The notes beneath the pieces were generated by a model. That model made no database searches and was not told the DNA's origin. It worked only from the letters and a program-made list of their open reading frames with translations. A stretch of 64,000 bases of DNA from Torpedo marmorata. Lineage: Eukaryota. The DNA lies in assembly GCA_977017645.1 (NCBI GenBank), contig OZ360238.1, positions 76,446,001 to 76,510,000 of the forward strand, written 5' to 3'. Each line of letters starts with the position of its first letter. The stretch's first letter is position 1. The position numbers and the translations under genes were made by a program. Below are positions 25,176-37,087 of this stretch, piece by piece.

Positions 25176-28100
25176 ACAGAGAACGATGGAAATACTCAGC
25201 AAATTAGACAGCTGTATCCTAGCCACCGCCAAGAATAAAATTCTTAACATGGTAGTGCCCACCAATGAAGTGGAAACCCAGAGCTTCGTTGGCCTCTTAG
25301 GCTACTGGCAACAACACATTCCCCACCTTACAATGATACTCTGCCCATTATACCACGTCTCCAGGAAAAAAGCTACCTTTCAATGGGGTCCCGAGAGGCA
25401 AATGGCTTTCGACACGGCAAAACAGGCCGTTGAGCAGGCACTGCCACTAACCCCCCCACCCCCCGCCAGACAGGGTTCCCCTTCGAGCTACAGGTTTCTG
25501 CCATCACTACAATGGCTGAGTGGAGACTCTGGCAAAAGATGAAAGGTTGCAGAGTCCCACTCGGCTTCTGGACCAAGACCCTCCCTGAGACCGCCTCTCG
25601 CTAGAGCCCATTTGAGCGCCAGCTGCTAGTGTGCTAACTAGCACTCCTCGCCACCGAGCACCAAACGACAGGCGAGACCATCACTCTCCGACCTCACCTC
25701 CCCGTCATGTGATGGGTGAAGTCCACTGATGCCACCCACAACCAGGGTCGGGCCCAGCGGTGCTCCATTGTAAAGTGGAAGTGGTACATCGCGGACTACG
25801 CCGACCGAGGCTGGCTCTGAGGGGGTGAGCCGACTACACGAGCAGGTAATGTCCCTCCCCGAAAACGACACTCCCCCTCCCCATGTCCCTACAGTATCAC
25901 CCTCCCCAGGTCCCTGCAGTACACCCCTCCCCCGTAGCCTGGGGCCAGTATTTCGACACCAGCAGTATTCCAGACCAGCAGTAACAGGCCTGATTCGCAG
26001 ACGGCTCCAGCCGGTGGAAGAGAGGCAAGCACCTTAGGAAGGCAGTGGCGCTACACCCCGCCACGGGTAAGACACACAATAGGGGGCTGGCCGAGCTGGC
26101 CACGGTAGCACTCGCTCCGAGAAACCACAGGCCCTATCCGTATTTACACTGACTCCTGGGCAGTGGCCAACGGCATGGCTGTATGGATGGCCCAGTGGCA
26201 CGACATGGGCTGGAAAATTCAGTTCGCCCGCTCTGGAGTCAGCAGCACTGGCGGTTTATCTGGGGGCAGGCTGGGCAGAGTGCGCTCACGGTGCACCATG
26301 TGGACGCGCACAACAACAGAGACACGGTGGAGGCTGCACACAATGCTGCCATAGACCGCGCAGCACAATTTTGATCAGCCACCCTGCACCCCGATCACAC
26401 TGACCTCAGTGCACTGGAACATGGACGCACTGCAAGAGTGGGCATTTGGGGTCCCACGGCATGCGACGGTGGGAAGAGGGTCGAAAGGTGGCACTGATGC
26501 ACGACGAGGCTAGAACCGCAGTGGACAATTGCCCCACCTGACAGCATGTCAAACCGCTGGGCTGGCCAACGGGTCCACCGGGTCACCTTCGCTGCAGCAC
26601 GAGGGCAGGCCAGGTATGGCAAGTTGACTATGTCGGGCTGCTCCTAGGCCAAAATAAAAAGCAGTCCATCCTCACTATAGTCGACACATACTCAGGTGTC
26701 CTGGTGTCAGTGCCCTGCCAGAGAGCCGACCAGGACAGTCCCGTTCAAAGGCTGCAATACCTCTCTTCCATTCATAGGAGGTACAGTCCGACTAGGGGAC
26801 TCACTTCACGGAGGAGGTACAGTCCGACTAGGGGACTCACTTCACGGAGGAGGTACAGTCCGACTAGGGGACTCACTTCACAGAGAAGGTACAGTCCGAC
26901 TAGGGGACTCACTTCACGGAGGAGGTACAGTCCGACTAGGGGATTCACTTCACGGAGGAGGTACAGTCCGACTAGGGGACTCACTTCACGGAGGAGGTAC
27001 AGTCAGACTAGGGGACTCACTTCACGGAGGAGGTACAGTCCGACTAGGGGACTCACTTCACGGAGGAGGTACAGTCCGACTAGGGGACTCACTTCACAGA
27101 GGAGGTACAGTCCGACTAGGGGACTCACTTCACGGGGGAGGTACAGTCCGACTAGGGGACTCACTTCACAGAGGAGGTACAGTCCGACTAGGGGACTCAC
27201 TTCACGGGGGAGGTACAGTCCGACTAGGGGACTCACTTCACGGGGGAGGTACAGTCCGACTAGGGGACTCACTTCACGGAGGAGGTACAGTCCGACTAGG
27301 GGACTCACTTCACGGAGGAGGTACAGTCCGACTAGGGGACTCACTTCACGGAGGAGGTACAGTCCGACTAGGGGACTCACTTCACGGAGGAGGTACAGTC
27401 CGACTAGGGGACTCACTTCACGGGGGAGGTACAGTCCGACTAGGGGACTCACTTCACGGAGGAGGTACAGTCCGACTAGGGGACTCACTTCACGGGGGAG
27501 GTACAGTCCGACTAGGGGACTCACTTCACGGAGGAGGTACAGTCCGACTAGGGGACTCACTTCACGGGGGAGGTACAGTCCGACCAGGGGACTCACTTCA
27601 CGGAGGAGGTACAGTCCGACTAGGGGACTCACTTCACGGAGGAGGTACAGTCCGACTAGGGGACTCACTTCACGGGGGAGGTACAGTCCGACTAGGGGAC
27701 TCACTTCACGGAGGAGGTACAGTCCGACTAGGGGACTCACTTCACGGAGGAGGTACAGTCCGACTAGGGGACTCACTTCACGGAGGAGGTACAGTCCGAC
27801 TAGGGGACTCACTTCACGGAGGAGGTACAGTCCGACTAGGGGACTCACTTCACGGAGGAGGTACAGTCCGACTAGGGGACTCACTTCACGGGGGAGGTAC
27901 AGTCCGACTAGGGGACTCACTTCACGGAGGAGGTACAGTCCGACTAGGGGACTCACTTCACGGAGGAGGTACAGTCCGACTAGGGGACTCACTTCACGGA
28001 GGAGGTACAGTCCGACTAGGGGACTCACTTCACGGAGGAGGTACAGTCCGACTAGGGGACTCACTTCACGGAGGAGGTACAGTCCGACCAGGGGACTCAC

Positions 28101-30562
28101 TTCACGGAGGAGGTACAGTCCGACTAGGGGACTCACTTCACGGGGGAGGTACAGTCCGACTAGGGGACTCACTTCACGGAGGAGGTACAGTCCGACTAGG
28201 GGACTCACTTCACGGAGGAGGTACAGTCCGACTAGGGGACTCACTTCACGGAGGAGGTACAGTCCGACTAGGGGACTCACTTCACGGGGGAGGTAATGTC
28301 CGACCAGGGGACTCACTTCACGGAGGAGGTACAGTCCGACTAGGGGACTCACTTCACGGAGGAGGTACAGTCCGACTAGGGGACTCACTTCACGGGGGAG
28401 GTACAGTCCGACCAGGGGACTCACTTCACGGAGGAGGTACAGTCCGACTAGGGGACTCACTTCACGGGGGAGGTACAGTCCGACTAGGGGACTCACTTCA
28501 CGGAGGAGGTACAGTCCGACCAGGGGACTCACTTCACGGGGGAGGTACAGTCCGACTAGGGGACTCACTTCACGGGGGAGGTACAGTCCGACCAGGGGAC
28601 TCACTTCACGGGGGAGGTACAGTCCGACTAGGGGACTCACTTCACGGAGGAGGTACAGTCCGACCAGGGGACTCACTTCACGGAGGAGGTACAGTCCGAC
28701 TAGGGGACTCACTTCACGGAGGAGGTACAGTCCGACTAGGGGACTCACTTCACGGGGGAGGTACAGTCCGACTAGGGGACTCACTTCACGGAGGAGGTAC
28801 AGTCCGACTAGGGGACTCACTTCACGGAGGAGGTACAGTCCGACTAGGGGACTCACTTCACGGAGGAGGTACAGTCCGACTAGGGGACTCACTTCACGGA
28901 GGAGGTACAGTCCGACTAGGGGACTCACTTCACGGAGGAGGTACAGTCCGACTAGGGGACTCACTTCACAGAGGAGGTACAGTCCGACTAGGGGACTCAC
29001 TTCACGGAGGAGGTACAGTCAGACTAGGGGACTCACTTCACGGAGGAGGTACAGTCAGACTAGGGGACTCACTTCACGGAGGAGGTACAGTCCGACTAGG
29101 GGACTCACTTCACGGGGGAGGTACAGTCCGACTAGGGGACTCACTTCACGGAGGAGGTACAGTCCGACTAGGGGACTCACTTCACGGAGGAGGTACAGTC
29201 CGACTAGGGGACTCACTTCACGGAGGAGGTACAGTCAGACTAGGGGACTCACTTCACGGGGGAGGTACAGTCAGACTAGGGAACTCACTTCACGGAGGAG
29301 GTACAGTCAGATAGTGGACTCACTTCACGGAGGAGGTACAGTCCGACTAGGGGACTCACTTCACGGAGGAGGTACAGTCCGACTAGGGGACTCACTTCAC
29401 GGGGGAGGTACAGTCCGACTAGGGGACTCACTTCACGGAGGAGGTACAGTCCGACTAGGGGACTCACTTCACGGAGGAGGTACAGTCAGACTAGGGGACT
29501 CACTTCACGGAGGAGGTACAGTCCGACTAGGGGACTCACTTCACGGAGGAGGTACAGTCCGACTAGGGGACTCACTTCACGGGGGAGGTACAGTCCGACT
29601 AGGGGACTCACTTCACGGAGGAGGTACAGTCCGACTAGGGGACTCACTTCACGGAGGAGGTACAGTCCGACTAGGGGACTCACTTCACGGAGGAGGTACA
29701 GTCCGACTAGGGGACTCACTTCACGGAGGAGGTACAGTCCGACTAGGGGACTCACTTCACGGAGGAGGTACAGTCCGACTAGGGGACTCACTTCACGGAG
29801 GAGGTACAGTCCGACTAGGGGACTCACTTCACGGAGGAGGTACAGTCCGACTAGGGGACTCACTTCACGGAGGAGGTACAGTCCGACTAGGGGACTCACT
29901 TCACGGAGGAGGTACAGTCCGACTAGGGGACTCACTTCACGGAGGAGGTACAGTCCGACTAGGGGACTCACTTCACGGGGGAGGTACAGTCCGACTAGGG
30001 GACTCACTTCACAGAGGAGGTACAGTCCGACTAGGGGACTCACTTCACGGGGGAGGTACAGTCCGACTAGGGGACTCACTTCACGGAGGAGGTACAGTCC
30101 GACTAGGGGACTCACTTCACGGGGACAGAAGTACAGAATTGGGCGGGTGGAGGCTGGTATCTCGTGACTGCTGCACATCCCCTACCACCCACAGGCATCT
30201 GGCTTAATAGAACGTATGAATGGTCTACTTAAAGAGAATATTTGTACACTGACGCCCAAACATACATTGCAGGGGTTGCTCAGTGTGCTCCAGCAGGCAG
30301 TACACCAGTTAATTTAGCGCCCCACCAGGTAGGGGGGTTCCCCACTCTCACACTACCGGGCATCCTCCGATGCCCCCAAAACTGACGAAGTCGACATGCA
30401 AGACTCTGAGGAGTGCGTAGAGTGTGGGTGCAGCAGCCACAGGGTCCACTGTTAAAAGGGGAGATCATTGCACTTGGTCCGGGTGATACGCGATGGGTCG
30501 CGATACCGGGTGAATCAAACCTTTCATGTTACCATACTAACCAACTCACCAGACATGAGTGA
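25176..30562 (+). pseudogene. pol: Endogenous retrovirus pol remnant, ERV-L/class III-like (RT thumb, tether, RNase H, integrase)
   Basis: SFVGLLGYWQQHIPHL..PLY..RKKATFQWGPE; PLGFW..LP; SIVKWKWYI; IFTDSWAVANG; VHHVDAH; WQVDYVG..TIVDTYSG; after the tandem array HFTGTEVQNWA..HIPYHPQASGLIERMNGLLKE. Many stops and frameshifts; no LTR recognised. Confidence 0.88.
26777..30123 (+). repeat. 36-bp minisatellite, ~93 copies, derived from the integrase core
   Basis: Unit gaggtacagtccgactaggggactcacttcacgga(g/ggg variant), head-to-tail with no spacers; one reading frame gives EVQSD(*/Q)GTHFT(E/G). Confidence 0.97.
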
Positions 30563-30599
30563 GTTCTCCCAGAACCCCCCCCCCCCCAATCCAACAGAA

Positions 30600-31560
30600 G
30601 AAGACTACCCTTCAAGCTGCTCCTTTTCCAGCCTACGCTGATCAGCGCTGTGGGAGCCTACGAATACGTATGCAGCACCACCACACCAGACTGCGGCACC
30701 TGCATCACTTCTCCGGCAGACACAGCTGAGGGTCTTCCACCTCTGCTGACCCTGTTCGACGACAACTACAGGAGCTGCTTGCATGGACTCTTTTATCCAA
30801 AATGTTTTGGTAATGACGGTGTTCTTCCACTCCCCTCACCACTTTACCACCTCACTTCCAATAATCCTTGCTGGGGTGGGTGCTTCGGGAACTGATTTAT
30901 TTTTCCCCTCCATACAATTTGGCACACAAACAGTCCTGACTCTCCCAGTGGGTCCACAAAGGGAAGCACGCCTTGGCAACGTGGTGCACCTAGTTCAGTC
31001 AGCACCAGTCTAAGCAATCAGTGGGAATGCGAGCAGGAACAGCATTCTGGCATGATACGGCTGACAGTCCACAGCCCAGCTAACGGGGGTGCACCTATGA
31101 GAATACCGGTACGTCCTAGATGTGCACCTGCTGGGCCGACCCCTGGCTTCCCACGGGACGGCATGGCGTTGGCCATCCGGGATGCATGCCTCCAAACGAT
31201 GGGGGAAGCACCCGGTAGGATGGCCACCGCAGTGGATACGCTGGCCAAAGAAAGGGCTGTGGTACTTTAGATTCAGGGAAAGCCGGATGACCTTGTACTA
31301 CCTGCTCGCAGACGAAGGTGGTACCAGTGCTGTTGTCGGTGAGACGCGCTGCACACACATCCCGGGAAAGTCAGTGAGACCATATATGAGAGTCAGTTAC
31401 TGACAAAAAACAGATAGGGGGCCAGTTCCCGCAGTACGACACTCCATGGGGAGAACAATGACGCTTTCGGTCTGTGGGGAGTTGGTACGCCGTTGTAATT
31501 TTCTGAAACAATACCTTCACCCTTCTGTTGTGCCTATCCATTTATTCACCAGGCACTTCG
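30600..31560 (+). pseudogene. env: ERV env remnant (gamma-type TM)
   Basis: Decayed furin site RPR(C), heptad-like region MATAVDTLAKE, then SRMTLYYLLADEGGTSAVVGETRCTHIP, which resembles the immunosuppressive domain plus CX6CC (NRMALDYLLA.EGG.CA..G..CCTYIP). Confidence 0.75.
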
Positions 31561-31699
31561 ACTGTAACAACGTATTTACCTTTTGTAACAATGTATTAAT
31601 TTTTTTTTGTAATAATGTTTTTACTTGTTTTTTTAATGACTGCCTATTGGTTTGAGAAAAAGAGCTAATACTTTAGATCAATGAGCTTTCATCTCAGAG

Positions 31700-32533
31700 T
31701 GATAGAGTTATACAACATGGAAAAAGGCCCTTTGGCCCAACATTCATGCTGTTAAAGGAGTCTTCCTGACTAGAACCATTTGCCATCCTCTAAATCTTTC
31801 CTATCTACATTCCTATTCAGATGTCTTTTCAATGTAATTGTTTCTGTGTCTACCATTTCTTCTATCAGCTCTTTCCTTTGTGTGGGAAAACGTGCCACTC
31901 AGATCCCTTTTTAATCTTTCTCCTCTCACCTTAAACTATGCCCAGTTTTAGACTCCCCTACCCTTAAAAAAAAGCTGTGACCATCTATCTTGTTTATGGC
32001 CCTCTTGATTTTATCAACCTCTATAAGTCACCCCTGAGCCTCTTTCGTTCGATGGAAAATAGTTCAAGCCTATACAGTCTCTGCTTATAGCTGAAATCCT
32101 TTGGTCCCAGTGACATCCTTGTGAATCTCTTCTGTACCCTCTCTCTAGCTTATTCACATCCTTCCTATGGTATGGTGACCAAAACTACACACAATATTAC
32201 AGGTGATCACCAAAGCCTTGTACAGCTGTAATACGCCATCCCCACTCTTGTACGAAATGCCACATCTGTGCCACATGCCATCTTAACCATCTTGCTACAT
32301 GTATCGCCACTTTCAAAGGACTATGTACAACACTGCAAAGGTGCCTGTCACTCACTATGTATCTCCTGCTCTAGTCTAACTTCCCAAAATGTATTACTTT
32401 GAACTGATCCGTTAAATTCCATCTGGCATTCCTTGGGGCACTTTCCCAGTTGATCTGGATCCTGTGGTAGACTCAGACAATCTTCTTCAGTGTCCACCAC
32501 GCCACCAATTTTGGTGCTATTCATAAATTTACT
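31700..32533 (-). mobile_element. Old CR1 3' fragment
   Basis: TKIGGVVDTEE..CQMEFN remnant and a CR1 3' UTR. Confidence 0.75.
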
Positions 32534-33032
32534 ACAGTGGAAGTCCAAAAATCCAGATGCCAGAAATCTGAACCACCTGAGAATCCGGACTTTTCGAAAA
32601 CTCTCAAACTTATTAAATTTAGTGGGCTTTTGTGTGTGTGCATGCGTGCGTAAGCGACACAGATGCACAGCGGCAACAAGCGACCATAAAATAACTTCTG
32701 CTTTCATTTGTATATTCTATTTTTCTTCTCCAATGTTCATTTTTAAACATAATTTCAAGCATTACATGCTCTTTTTTATGTAGTGAAAACATTTTATGTT
32801 TACATTTTTGTCAAGTGCCACCGCCACACGTCTGAACACCTGAGGGGGTGTTGGAAGTAAATTGGCATTCTCCCTATGTGGTAATTAGAGTCACATTTAG
32901 CTCTTCGAATTTTGTATTCAATTATTTTGCATAATGTACTGAATTATTTCCCTACACAGAATTTCTAGGCCACTACACAAATCTTTGAGTTGTTATGTTC
33001 ATAGTTGATTGCAGTCAAATTTCTGCACCTCT

Positions 33033-33739
33033 ATGTGCCATATCGTCTTGCCTTAAAACTCTGGGCTTGTTCTTTCCATTTTGTTTTTACAAAGTCTAGA
33101 TTCAATTTATTGTCATAGTAATAACCAGAGGACGGGAAGATCACCCCCGTCTGAGAAGGAGAAGCAGAGGAGACGACCCACGGGACGGTGACCAGGGCGG
33201 TGGACCGGTGAGGGGATCTGAGGCTGAAGGACCAGTGCATGCGGCGGGTTGCTGGCGACTCGAGGCGAGGAACCCGCGGAGGCTGTGGGCTGCTGGAGAC
33301 TGCTGTCGGGGGACTCACACCGGGCTGCGGACTGCTGGAGGCTGGCTCGAACTGGCTGGAGGAGTACCAGGTATCGGAACCGGGATGCGAGGGGGTGCCG
33401 AGGGCGACCTAACCGTGTTGGAGGTTCGGATCTGGAGCTCGGGATGCCGATCATTTGGACTGGACTCTGTGTGGCTGCGGAAGCGCTGGAGGCGAATCTA
33501 TGGACACTTGGTGACTGGGGGGACTTTTTTTTGCTTCTCTTTCTCTGACTGTAAGGAATGTTAGACGCGCTTAGGCAATTTCTGCCGGTGGCGAATCTGT
33601 CTGCCTTGCAGCAGGCAAAAATAAATTTCATGGAATATGACACTGTCTTATTACTATGACAATAAATTGAATCTAGACTTTGTAAAAACAAAATGGAAAG
33701 AACAAGCCCAGAGTTTTAAGGCAAGACGATATGGCACAT
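33033..33739. repeat. Perfect 92-bp inverted repeat (arms 33033-33124 and 33648-33739)
   Basis: atgtgccatatcgtc...ttgtcatagtaataa is the exact reverse complement of ttattactatgacaa...gacgatatggcacat. Confidence 0.95.
33125..33673 (+). mobile_element. GC-rich non-autonomous retroelement with a Rex1-type tail
   Basis: CpG-rich body with no recognisable RT; ends tgacaataaattgaatct like the Rex1 3' ends in this window. Confidence 0.6.
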
Positions 33740-34462
33740 GGAAATAAAACAAAGTGGGGGATTGTAGACTGCGAAGTAGGGAAGGGTTAGTTTGATCGTG
33801 GAGTTGGTTTATATTGGTTGGCACAACATTGTAGGCTGAAGGGCCTGTACTATACTGTTCTATATACATTTTACATACAAATTTAATCATTAGATTCAAA
33901 CCTATGTGTTAGTTCAATATATTTTTTGATGATTTTCAGAGTTTGGCGCAAGAACATGAAATGGAAACATCACTGCATGTAACCCACAACTCCGCTGTCC
34001 AAGGTGGATACAAATAACACCAGACAGCATTTGGAAGAAAAGGCAGACAGCTTTCCCTTGTGATGTGACCAAAACTGATGCCTCACTCAGTACAGGTATT
34101 ACCAAACTGAAGTATCCAGTCAATATGATATTGCTGGTGTGGGAGCTTGCTGTGAATAAACTGCATGGCACATTTCCTGTATTACTGCACTTCAAATAAG
34201 TATTCCTCTGGTTGAAAGCACTTTGGAGCATTTTATTGGAGATTCGGAGAACTATAAAATTGCAGGTGCTTTTTTAAAAAATTCTCCCCCTTGCACAAGC
34301 TCACGTTGTTTTTGTTTACATTCATCAGAATATCATCAATAAATGGTCCCATTTCTACGGTGATAGATTCCATTTCAGCAAATGGGATTGCATCAGGCAC
34401 CAGTATAACCATGTTCCAGATTAAATCAAGAATAAAATTACTGCAAATGCAATAATGAATTT

Positions 34463-35887
34463 AAAAAGGGTTCAAGGAGGAAGCCTGGCAATTATCGGCC
34501 TGTAAGTTTGACGTCTGTGGTAGGTAAATTAATGGAGAAAGTTCTCATAGATAGGACTTATAAATATCTGGATAGGCAGGGTCTGATCGGGAACTCTCAA
34601 CATGGATTTGTGAGCGGAAGGTCCTGTTTGACAAATCTGATTGAATTTTTTGAAGAGGTGACTAGGACTGTGGATGAGGGTAGTGCAGTGGATGTTGTCT
34701 ATATGGACTTCAGTAAGGCCTTTGATAAGGTTCCGCATGGAAGGTTAGTGAGGAAGGTGCAGTCTTTAGGTATAGATTCTGAGATAGTCAAATGGATTGA
34801 ACATTGGCTGGAGGGGAGAGGCCAGAGAGTGGTAGTGGATAATTGTTTGTCAGGTTGGAAGCCCGTGACAAGCGGTGTGCCTCAGGGATCTGTATTGGGC
34901 CCATTGTTGTTTGTTATATATATCAATGATCTAGATGATGGGGTGGTAAACTGGATTAGTAAATATGCAGATGATACCAAGATAGGTGGAATAGTGGATA
35001 ATGAAGAAGGTTTTCAAGGATTGCAGAAGGATTTGGGCTGCTTAGAAAAGTGGGCTGAAAAATGGCAGATGGAGTTTAATGCTGATAAGTGTGAGGTGCT
35101 TCATTTTGGAAAGAAGAATCAGAACAGGACATATGTGGTAAATGGGAGAGCATTGATGAATACAGAAGAGCAGAAAGATTTAGGAATAACGGTGCATCGT
35201 TCCCTGAAGGTGGAAACTCATGTGAATAGGGTGGTGAAGAAGGCTTTTAGTATGCTGGCCTTCATCAATCAATGCATAGAATATAGGAGTTGGGAAGTGA
35301 TGTTGAGATTATATAAGGCTTTGGTGCGGCCTAATTTAGAGTTCTGTGTGCAGTTCTGGTCGCCAAATTATAGGAAGGATATCAACAAAGTGGAGAGAGT
35401 GCAGAGAAGGTTTACCAGAATGTTACCTGGGTTTAAGAATTTAGAGTACAAGGAGAGATTGAGCAGATTAGGTCTTTATTCTTTGGAGCGTAGAAGGTTG
35501 AGAGGGGATTTGATAGAGGTATTTAAAATTATGAAAGGGATAGACAGAGTGGATGTGGATAGACTATTTCCATTAAGAATAGGAGAGATTGAAACAAGAG
35601 GACATGAGCTAAGAGTTAAGGGGCAGAGGTTTAGAGGTAACATGAGGGGGAACTTCTTTACTCAGAGAGTGGTAGCTGTGTGGAATGAGCTTCTGGGAGA
35701 AGTAGTGGCGGCAGAGTCAATTTTAGTATTTAAGAAAAAGTTGGACAAGTATATGGATGAGAGGGAAGTGGAGGGTTATGGGCAAGGTGCAGGTAGGTGG
35801 GACTAGATAGGAATGTTTTGGTTCGGTGCGGACTGGAAGGGCCTAATGGCCTGTTTCCGTGCTGTAATTGTTATATGGTTATATGGA
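34463..35887 (+). mobile_element. Young 5'-truncated CR1 with an uninterrupted RT ORF
   Basis: 432-aa ORF 34508-35806 ([25 protein letters not shown]); tail gttatatggttatatgg. Confidence 0.95.
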
Positions 35888-36104
35888 ATTCATAAAACCA
35901 TGCTCTGCCATTTGAATGTGGTGTCATTTTGTATTTGTAACTTATGCTTCCAGACATACAAATTACTGCACAGCTTTTTGAATATCCACTTAAATCTCAG
36001 CAAAGTATTTTGAGCTGTTCTTTGAAAGCATATTGAAAACAGTATTCCAGCAATGATATGGCTTCTTGACCATACAATAAAATATCAACACAAAAGATAC
36101 TTAC

Positions 36105-36201
36105 AGTAAATATTAATGACGGTAGAGGGGTAAAGTGTCTTGGGTGAATCATTGCGAGGAGGTTGGGCAAATGACCCTCTCTTGCTCCCACAAAGAATAA
36201 T
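36105..36201 (-). CDS. SLC7A5: SLC7A5/LAT1-like coding exon (exon 7)
   Basis: ttacag|ATTATTC...TTTACT|gtaagt; 97 nt; [32 protein letters not shown]. Confidence 0.95.
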
Positions 36202-37087
36202 CTGTAACAAAAGAAGGAGCTATTGAAAATTTAAAGAGCAAAAATGCAATGGGGAGGCAAGCATTTACTGTTACCAACAATTAAGTTCAATTTTCTGCAA
36301 CATACCAATGAATCTTCAGGATGTTAACAATATTGTGGTGGCATAGCTGTAAAATTACTGGACTAACAACCCAGTGCATCCAGGTTCAAATCCCAATAAA
36401 ACAGCCATGAAATTTATTTTTAGTTATGGAGGGAGTAAATAATGACCATTAAACGACAGAATGATGGTCAGAAAGATCTATCTGCTTCACTCACGTTGTT
36501 CAGGAAGGAAATATGTCATCCACACCTGAAATGGCCAAGATGTGATACCAAACCCACTAAGGCAATGACTCTGAAATGGCCTAATGTTGGACCAGGAACA
36601 GTGCCTGGAATTCCTGAAAATGAAGGGCCAAAGTGGTGAAGCTATAGTATAAAATGACAAGCATGCTAAACTACAAACACAGCACGCAATAGACAGGACG
36701 AAGTGATTCTGCAATCATCTGATCACATTGAAGGTCTGCCTGTGCAGGCCTACCACATCAGCAGAGGACACTCCAGCCCAAATCCTGGAACTCTCTTGTT
36801 AACATACTAAACTTCCACCAAAAGGACAGCAACAGTTCAAGAAGGTAGCTCACCATGATCTTCTATAGGGCTAATACGCATGGGCAATAAATTCCAGTGC
36901 CAATGACGTTCAGAAAGGATAAATAAATCAGCTGGTTGTCCACCCAGCTAAATTTCAACTCTGCAGAATTTTCTGGAGGAATCCAAAACAACCAATCTAT
37001 AGTCTGGTTTCACCTGTATTTTCCAAAGCTCTAATGAAACCCTTTGGATGTTTGGGTAGAATATAATAGGAGAATAAAGAGAGGGCG

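Noticed and set aside
26777-30123. CRISPR array (36-bp repeats)
   Set aside because: Units are head-to-tail with no unique spacers, there are no cas genes, the context is eukaryotic, and the unit is explained by integrase coding sequence.
26696-30207. Long repeat-protein ORFs (GGTVRLGDSLHG)n, (RRYSPTRGLTS)n with a Pol II CTD-like YSPT, and (EVSPLVGLYLLR)n
   Set aside because: These are by-products of a stop-free 36-bp unit. The ancestral frame is the one containing the TAG, and there is no promoter, splice or homology support.
31560-31640. ERV 3' LTR or polypurine tract
   Set aside because: Only short AT-rich tgtaacaa repeats are present; no clear PPT, TG...CA boundaries or matching 5' LTR.
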